A stretch of DNA of 63,372 nucleotides, filler included, from a bacterium (GTDB lineage: Bacteria; JAJRZV01): assembly GCA_024275095.1 (NCBI GenBank). It is 8 parts of 7 records of this genome, joined end to end, with 100 filler letters (N's around TTAATTAATTAA, not from the genome) between each part and the next. Parts side by side here need not be neighbours in the genome. Positions count along the whole stretch, not along the records: positions 55,143 to 63,372 come from JAJRZV010000050.1; 7 more parts are not named here. One strand, given 5' to 3'. The notes below the pieces were generated by a model that saw nothing but the letters and a program-made list of their open reading frames with translations, had not been told where the DNA came from and ran no database searches. The translations under genes and the position numbers were made by a program. Shown here piece by piece: positions 57,242 through 63,372 of this stretch (positions are counted from its first letter, which is position 1; every line of letters starts with the position of its first letter).

Positions 57242-58837
57242 ATGCTTGACGTTGTAAGGCGGTATGCCAGTTCATGGGGGGTGAAGATTCTTTACCTTCT
57301 TATTGCTGTATCTTTCTTCATAGGATTCGGCATTCTTTCTTCCGCGCGCTCCTGTTTTTATGGTGGCGGCGGAGTCGTTGCTGTTGTGGACGGCGAGGTG
57401 ATCAGCGTACGGGATTTCACCCGGGCCTTTTACCGGTACATTGAACAATTGCAGAAAAAGAAGGGGTCCGAACTCAGTAAAGAGGAGGTGGAAGATCTAA
57501 AAATGCGGGTGGTGAACGTGCTCGTGAATAGAAATCTTCTGAAGCACTATGCCATGAAACTCGGTATTACCGTCAGTGACGACGAGCTGGCGAACTTTAT
57601 TGCCAGAACCTTCAATTTTTTTGATGCACAGGGACGTTTCGACAGGCGCCGGTATTTACTTGTACTGCGTGAAAACCGCCTCTATCCCGACGAATTTGAG
57701 AATCAGGTGAGAGAGGAACTGTTCATTCAAAAGCTTGATCGATTCCTCGCTGCATCACTTGAGCCGACTGACGCGGAACTCTGGCTTTATTATAAGCGCG
57801 AAAATGAAGCCGTGAACCTTGGATTTGTCGCTTTCAATCCTTCTGACTATCGCAAGCGTGTACGCGTTACCCGGAAGGAGCTGAAAACGTTTTACGAGAG
57901 CAACCTGGAGAAATATCGTTACGCGCCGCGGCGGGTGGTGAAATTTGTCCTGTTTCCCTGGAAGCGGTACACGGAGGGAATAAAACTCACAGACAAGGAT
58001 ATACGCAAGTACTATGAGGATAATTATTCTCGTTACAACGAAGCTTTCATGTCTGTGAAAGAAAAGGTGCGTGCAGATGTGTTGAAAGAGCGCGCTCTGA
58101 AAAAAGCCTTCGAGGAGGCCACACGAGCCCGCACGATGATAGAGGAAGGAAAAGATTTTAACGAAGTGGTGAACGCCTTGGGGCTGGAGCTGAAATATAC
58201 GGTACCCTTCCAGATACCGCCTGCGGAGGACATTCCTGGCATAGAAGATGATGCCTCATTTGCAGAGAAGTTCAAAGACCTGAAAGAAGGGGAAGTTGCG
58301 CCGGTGTTCAGACTCGGGGATGCTTACTATCTCTCGGCAGTGGATCATATTCTTCCCGAAGAGACGGCACCGTTTGAAAATGTCATTAACAGGGTTAAGG
58401 AAGATTACATTATTACAAGGTCAAAAGAACTCGCAGAAAACAGCGCGAGAAAGTTTATAGAGTACGCACGTGCAAAAGGTTTGAAACGTGCACTTCGCCG
58501 TTTCAGGCTCAAACCTTCTGAAACAGGCGAATTCGACGTGAACGCCTTTTCAATCCCCGGCATTGGTATTTCGACGGAGATATTCAGTGCAGCTTTTATC
58601 AGTCAGGACAAAGGCAAGCCCCTCCAGAAGCCCTTTTATGCAGGAGGCACTTACTATGTGGTGTGGATAAAGGAACGCAAAAGAGCAAACCGACTGGACT
58701 TTGAAAAGAATAAAGAGGAATATCGCTCAAAACTTTTGCAATTCAAGCTCAACATGGCAAGGATGACCCTGCTGTATCAATTGAGACAGCGTGGCAAGTA
58801 CACGATTTACAGTGATGTGCTTGAAAAGATTTCTTAG
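57242..58837 (+). CDS. PpiD/SurA N-terminal domain periplasmic chaperone
   Basis: ML...R, N-terminal TM, VA.VDGE.I, VSD.EL, G.FD...Y...L, FE...R. Confidence 0.85.
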   Translation: MLDVVRRYASSWGVKILYLLIAVSFFIGFGILSSARSCFYGGGGVVAVVDGEVISVRDFTRAFYRYIEQLQKKKGSELSKEEVEDLKMRVVNVLVNRNLLKHYAMKLGITVSDDELANFIARTFNFFDAQGRFDRRRYLLVLRENRLYPDEFENQVREELFIQKLDRFLAASLEPTDAELWLYYKRENEAVNLGFVAFNPSDYRKRVRVTRKELKTFYESNLEKYRYAPRRVVKFVLFPWKRYTEGIKLTDKDIRKYYEDNYSRYNEAFMSVKEKVRADVLKERALKKAFEEATRARTMIEEGKDFNEVVNALGLELKYTVPFQIPPAEDIPGIEDDASFAEKFKDLKEGEVAPVFRLGDAYYLSAVDHILPEETAPFENVINRVKEDYIITRSKELAENSARKFIEYARAKGLKRALRRFRLKPSETGEFDVNAFSIPGIGISTEIFSAAFISQDKGKPLQKPFYAGGTYYVVWIKERKRANRLDFEKNKEEYRSKLLQFKLNMARMTLLYQLRQRGKYTIYSDVLEKIS

Positions 58838-59492
58838 TCTTGCGTGCTTTTTAGTTTTTCTTGTTCCCCTGTGCGTTCAGGGTGGGGAAAACGATGATGC
58901 CGCACTCCTTTACAAACGTGCAATCGAGAAACTCTATGGCAAGAAATTGCTTAACGTGCTCCCTGCAGAGGACCCGGACGGTGCCATCAGGCTTTTTGAG
59001 CGCATCATAGACAACTACCCCTCATCGGAATATGCACCACTTGCAGAACTCGGCATAGCGGAAGCGTACCTCAGGAAAAGTGATCCTTACATGGCCATTG
59101 AAAAATTCAAGGAATTTATAGAGAGGCGTCCGGGACACCCCCGTTATCCATACGCCCTTTGCAAGATAGCCGAAGCCTACCAGTCTCTTCTATCTTCCAT
59201 TGACCGTGACCTCACACCTGCCGAGAATGCACTTTTTTACCTGAGGGAATTGAAGGTCAAGTATCCCACCTATACCGAATGTGGTGATGTTGATAAAAAG
59301 ATAACCCGCCTGCGTTCAGTGCTTGCTTCACGTGAGGTTTATGTGGCCAGGTTTTATCTCAAAAGAGGAAACATCCTTGCTGCACGAATACGCCTGCGGG
59401 GCGTAATTGAAAATTACAGCGATACACCCCTCAAAAAGGAAGCTGAAAAATTATTGCGGGAGATAGAAAAGAAGTTGGCTCGAGTAAAGTAA
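58815..59492 (+). CDS. bamD: Outer membrane protein assembly factor BamD-like
   Basis: YP.S.YA..A.L, F....P.HP...YA, IDRD, LA.RE..VARFY.K, A..R...VI..Y.DT. Confidence 0.85.
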   Translation: MCLKRFLSLACFLVFLVPLCVQGGENDDAALLYKRAIEKLYGKKLLNVLPAEDPDGAIRLFERIIDNYPSSEYAPLAELGIAEAYLRKSDPYMAIEKFKEFIERRPGHPRYPYALCKIAEAYQSLLSSIDRDLTPAENALFYLRELKVKYPTYTECGDVDKKITRLRSVLASREVYVARFYLKRGNILAARIRLRGVIENYSDTPLKKEAEKLLREIEKKLARVK

Positions 59493-59583
59493 CCCTCGTG
59501 GCAAACCTGTGGACATTTCACGAGAGCGATTTCCGGGGGATTCTATCGTTGTTGGGGTGTTTTTTGTTCTGGTGCAGTAAGAA

Positions 59584-60894
59584 ATGCATAAAGCGAGATT
59601 TTCGATGAAGAGGCCGACTGAAAAACTTGGCCTCAAGGAACTGGTGGCCATGGGTGTGGGGGGGATGGTCGGAGGGGGTATATTTTCGGTCTTGGGACTT
59701 TCTGCGGTACTGGCAGGGCATGCTGCTCCTGTGGCGTTTGCAATCGGGGGATTTATTGCGCTCCTTACCGGTGTATCATATGCACACCTGGGTGTAAGCT
59801 TTAAATCGGATGGAGGGAGCTTTACCTATTTCGAATACGCTTTCCACAACAGAAACGTCGCCGGAATAGGGGGCTGGCTTCTCGTATGTGGTTATATGGG
59901 CACCCTTGCTCTTTATGCCTATACGTTTGGAGCTTATGGCAGCGCCATGCTGGGATTGGGCAGGGAGAGTCTCATCCTCCATATTTTTGCTTCGGGAATA
60001 TTGCTGGTGTTTTTGGGGATCAACCTTTACGGAGTCAGGGCTGCGGGAGGGACTGAAGACATTATAGTTGCTGTAAAAGTGTTGATATTGCTGGTATTTT
60101 GTGGTGCAGGTTTGTTCTCGCTGAAAGCAGGAAATCTTAAACCTTTCTTTAATCGAGATGCGGAAAATCTCCTGATGGGCGCAGCGCTCGTTTTTGTGGC
60201 GTATGAAGGATTTGAACTGATACCGAATGCTGTCAATGAAACCCGTAATCCAGCGCACGACCTTCCCAGGTCAATAATCATTTCGATTGGCATCACAACG
60301 CTTCTTTACATTCTCGTTTCACTTGTTGCTGTTGGAAATCTCACGTCAGCGGACATTCAGAAATACAAGGAGTATGCCCTTGCAGTCGCTGCGCGTCCAG
60401 CACTTGGAAAGAGGGGGTTTATGCTCATCAGCCTGGGCGCTTTGCTCTCAACAGCTTCGGCTATTAATGCAACACTATTTGGAACAGCCCGGCTGGGAAA
60501 GGTGATGGCTACTGAAGAATCGCTGCCCCGTGTTTTTTCCCATTCTGAGCGCACTCGCGATGTACCGTGGGTAAGCCTGGTGGTGATTACGTTATTTACC
60601 ATGGCCTTCGTAAATACTGGTAACCTGACCGTTATTTCTTCATTTGCAAGCTCTACATTTTTGCTGATATTTGCCGGAGTGAACATGGCGGCGTGGAAGC
60701 TCAGAAAACGTGTGAAAGTTAATGCGTTTGCGTCCCTCCTGGGATTTTTGCTTGCACTTGTATCGTGGGGTGTGCTCATGATGTACCTGTGGAGATCTGA
60801 TAGACAGAGCCTTTTGTGGATTGGCGTATCTTACTCGGCCATCGCTTTGGCGGAATTTCTCTTCAGCGAGAGGCGGGTTGTATTAAGTAGATAA
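59584..60894 (+). CDS. APC-family amino acid permease
   Basis: GVGGMVGGGIF, F.AYEGFE, SAINATLFG; about 12 TM segments. Confidence 0.92.
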   Translation: MHKARFSMKRPTEKLGLKELVAMGVGGMVGGGIFSVLGLSAVLAGHAAPVAFAIGGFIALLTGVSYAHLGVSFKSDGGSFTYFEYAFHNRNVAGIGGWLLVCGYMGTLALYAYTFGAYGSAMLGLGRESLILHIFASGILLVFLGINLYGVRAAGGTEDIIVAVKVLILLVFCGAGLFSLKAGNLKPFFNRDAENLLMGAALVFVAYEGFELIPNAVNETRNPAHDLPRSIIISIGITTLLYILVSLVAVGNLTSADIQKYKEYALAVAARPALGKRGFMLISLGALLSTASAINATLFGTARLGKVMATEESLPRVFSHSERTRDVPWVSLVVITLFTMAFVNTGNLTVISSFASSTFLLIFAGVNMAAWKLRKRVKVNAFASLLGFLLALVSWGVLMMYLWRSDRQSLLWIGVSYSAIALAEFLFSERRVVLSR

Positions 60895-61084
60895 ATGATT
60901 ACCGTTGTCATGTTCTCTCAGCCTGCTTTAGAGGGCCTGATTTTTACCGAACGCAACCAGGAACGCTTCTGTCGAAACTTTCCCGGGTGACTTTTTACTT
61001 GGTTAGGAATGCAAATTTGTTTTTGGAAGATATATGGTATACAATCGACCGCGTTGTAGAAAAATCGTGTCCAGGGAGGTTGCC

Positions 61085-61462
61085 GTGGCAAAAAGAGCTC
61101 AAATTTTCAAATGCGAGGTATGTGGACACATCGTTGAAATACTTCATTCAGGAAAGGGAACCCTGGTGTGTTGCAACCAACCCATGAAACTTTATGAAGA
61201 AAACGTAATAGATGCCGCAGTAGAAAAGCACGTACCTGTGGTGGAGGAGGTGGAGGGTGGCATCAGGGTAAAAGTGGGCAGCAGTCCGCACCCCATGGAA
61301 AGCAAGCACTATATCGAGTGGATAGAGGTGTTGTCTGGTACCGAGGTATGGAGGAGGCACCTGCATCCGGGAGAGTCTCCGGAAGCGGAATTTCACGTGG
61401 ATCCGGCGGCGGAATTTACTGTGAGAGCATATTGCAACATACACGGACTATGGAGGGGATAA
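61085..61462 (+). CDS. dfx: Desulfoferrodoxin (2Fe superoxide reductase)
   Basis: KCEVCG...LVCC..PM, EKHVP, HPM...HYIEWI, YCN.HGLW; GTG start after GGAGG. Confidence 0.95.
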   Translation: MAKRAQIFKCEVCGHIVEILHSGKGTLVCCNQPMKLYEENVIDAAVEKHVPVVEEVEGGIRVKVGSSPHPMESKHYIEWIEVLSGTEVWRRHLHPGESPEAEFHVDPAAEFTVRAYCNIHGLWRG

Positions 61463-61463
61463 A

Positions 61464-61979
61464 ATGCTGCGAGAAAAAGTTGAAGAAGCACTTAATGAAC
61501 AGTTGAAATGGGAGTTGTACTCGGCCTATCTTTATCTTTCCATGGCTGCCTATTTCGAAAACCTGGACCTGAACGGTTTTGCCCACTGGATGAAGATGCA
61601 GGCCCAGGAAGAGCTCATCCACGCCATGAAATTTTTTGACTTCATCAGCGGCAGAGGAGGCAAGGTGAGACTTCAGCCGATAAAAGGACCGGAGACCGAA
61701 TGGGAGTCACCGCTTGCAGCCTTTGAACACGTTTACACGCATGAAACCCACGTAACGGATAGAATCAACAGCCTCCTGGAACTGGCCATGAATGAAAATG
61801 ACCATGCAACCGTCGCGTTTCTTCAGTGGTTCATCAGCGAGCAGGTGGAGGAAGAAGCCTCTGCGGACAGCATTGTAAAGAGGTTAAAAATAGCAGGCGG
61901 TTCCGGAGAGGGCCTGTTGCTTCTGGACAGAGAGCTGGCTCAACGTCCCGCGCCACAGGTGCCGGTAGAAAAAAAATGA
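61464..61979 (+). CDS. ftnA: Non-heme ferritin
   Basis: E.YSAY.Y, Q..EE..HAMK, HE..VT..I, FLQWF..EQVEEE. Confidence 0.93.
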   Translation: MLREKVEEALNEQLKWELYSAYLYLSMAAYFENLDLNGFAHWMKMQAQEELIHAMKFFDFISGRGGKVRLQPIKGPETEWESPLAAFEHVYTHETHVTDRINSLLELAMNENDHATVAFLQWFISEQVEEEASADSIVKRLKIAGGSGEGLLLLDRELAQRPAPQVPVEKK

Positions 61980-62060
61980 TCCTGCGCGGTTTTTATCGGT
62001 AAAAATTCGCGAAGCAATTCCAGACAACGGAAGATCAATGTTCTGAAGAGACGAAAATTA

Positions 62061-63372
62061 TCACTCCAGTATTTTTGCATCCACGCGCATGAGAAGAGGT
62101 GTTTTGCCAGCCCTTTCAGCGCGGATGATCACGTAGCCCGCATCGCCTGGAATTTCAATTACCCCTTCAAATGCTTTTCCCCTGCGGGTCAACGGCACGG
62201 TATCAATGTATAAATTGGCATTTTTATCCCCCTCGACGTAAAGGCGGAACCGGTGCACGATGCTTTCGAGGGGATTCGTGTAAGTTCTTTTGATAAACCG
62301 TTTACCGAGAAAGACGAGGTATTTCACCTCCAGCTTAGGAAAAAAGAGCCGGTACTTCCATACGCGACGGCCGGCTTTTACTTCGATTTGTAATTTTTTC
62401 GGGGGCGTTTTCATGGAAAATGTTGTGCCTTGAACGATTTTTTGGCCGTTGACCTTCAGCCATTTTATGGAAGATCCGCCTTTCCCACCGATGTACCTGG
62501 TGCCGTTTACGTAGAAATAGCGTCTGTCACGGTCCACACCCACGTTTATTATGTACCGTCGCGAGATGGTGGCATAGATTCCCATGATTTCAGGACAACC
62601 GTCAACGTCGTTAACATCGTTGAAGGTTTCCTTTTTGTAAGGACAGTCGTCGCGCTCGTCGGGGATACTGTCAGCATCAGCATCGACCTCGGGACAACCA
62701 TCGTCATCAGCCACGGCATCACGATCTTCGGAGAGACGGTAACACTTGTCGTTTACATCGGGTATGCCATCGTGGTCAGTGTCCTTGAGCGAGAAGGAAA
62801 CAAATGAAATACCCATTCCGGCTCTCTGCCGGGGAGAACCCACGCCTTCTCCAAGCCCCACACCGTAAAAGAATTCTGCAATCCAGTTGCGGGCAAACCG
62901 GTACCTCAATCCAATGAGCAGTTCACTGTAGGTGTTCCACCGGGTGAACATTTTTCCCAGGTAGGTTTCTGCAATGATACCCACCGAGGCCGTGAATCCC
63001 CAGCTTTCGCGACCTGCAAGAATTTCGGCCGCAAGCCTTAATGAGTCGTCGTATACGGCGTTCAGAAGTTTCTCCTTTTTTCTCAGGCGCACGCCGCTTG
63101 ATCCCACGAATTTCAGGATGGAATTGACACCATACCCTGCGTACACATCCAGGCCGCCTGAAACTCCATAGTCACCGATGAGGAGTGAATCGTCTCCCGG
63201 GTTCAAAAAGACGGGTATTCCACCGTAAAGCTCAAAACGCCTGCCCCTGGAGTGCCAGAGTGTAAAGATGGGCTTAAACTCCATTGCCCCGGGTGAAAAT
63301 TTCTTTTTTTCTTCGGAGTTGTAAGGATACATGCTTCCGAAATAAAACGGTGCTGCAACGGAAAGAGAAACA
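62061..63372 (-). CDS. Beta-barrel plus thrombospondin type-3 repeat protein, 5' end beyond window
   Basis: Frame open to the window edge; G.G...GVGSP..R barrel end, D.D.DGIPD..D.C and ED.D...D.DGCPE repeats; unknown C-terminal domain. Confidence 0.75.
   Translation of the reverse strand, partial: VSLSVAAPFYFGSMYPYNSEEKKKFSPGAMEFKPIFTLWHSRGRRFELYGGIPVFLNPGDDSLLIGDYGVSGGLDVYAGYGVNSILKFVGSSGVRLRKKEKLLNAVYDDSLRLAAEILAGRESWGFTASVGIIAETYLGKMFTRWNTYSELLIGLRYRFARNWIAEFFYGVGLGEGVGSPRQRAGMGISFVSFSLKDTDHDGIPDVNDKCYRLSEDRDAVADDDGCPEVDADADSIPDERDDCPYKKETFNDVNDVDGCPEIMGIYATISRRYIINVGVDRDRRYFYVNGTRYIGGKGGSSIKWLKVNGQKIVQGTTFSMKTPPKKLQIEVKAGRRVWKYRLFFPKLEVKYLVFLGKRFIKRTYTNPLESIVHRFRLYVEGDKNANLYIDTVPLTRRGKAFEGVIEIPGDAGYVIIRAERAGKTPLLMRVDAKILE

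Noticed and set aside
59493-59583. GGCAAACC and a hairpin suggesting a c-di-GMP-I riboswitch before the permease
   Set aside because: It lacks the GNRA tetraloop and the GCAAAG/P2 elements.

Overview
The window is not one locus. It is eight contig pieces joined by artificial 100-nt linkers (N-run + TTAATTAATTAA + N-run) at 10258, 15969, 29666, 43441, 50231, 53341 and 55043, so gene neighbourhoods are only meaningful within a piece. Gene content (ndk-rlmN-mtnP-pfkB-TPR/Tgl-like-ROK-gap-pgk-tpiA-secG-tRNA-Leu, LolA-like/MMPL, BamD, TSP3 barrel protein) suggests a diderm Deltaproteobacteria-like organism (inference). It is probably an anaerobic thermophile, given TtuA/TtuB, a two-CxxC protein disulfide oxidoreductase, desulfoferrodoxin, a split archaeal/Thermotoga-type glutamate synthase, RtcB with archease, and an archaeal-type PurC. 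Most of the sequence is housekeeping. Points of interest: (1) a 1.1-kb cluster of mobile-element remnants at 52232-53340, with an IS481-like remnant that extends TtuA, a DGR-like reverse transcriptase fragment, and an IS110 recombinase tail followed by a non-coding right end that folds into two stem/internal-loop modules like a bridge (seek) RNA; (2) a queC-DUF366-queE operon running into a loop-deleted, CC-adding-type tRNA nucleotidyltransferase; (3) a tRNA-Leu 3'-end duplication enclosing a ~200-bp hairpin-rich mini-element; (4) tandem UbiA prenyltransferases; (5) a TtuB-like carrier with a masked GG end; (6) an in-frame TAA in rplC. All family calls come from reading motifs by eye; no database searches or folding programs were run.
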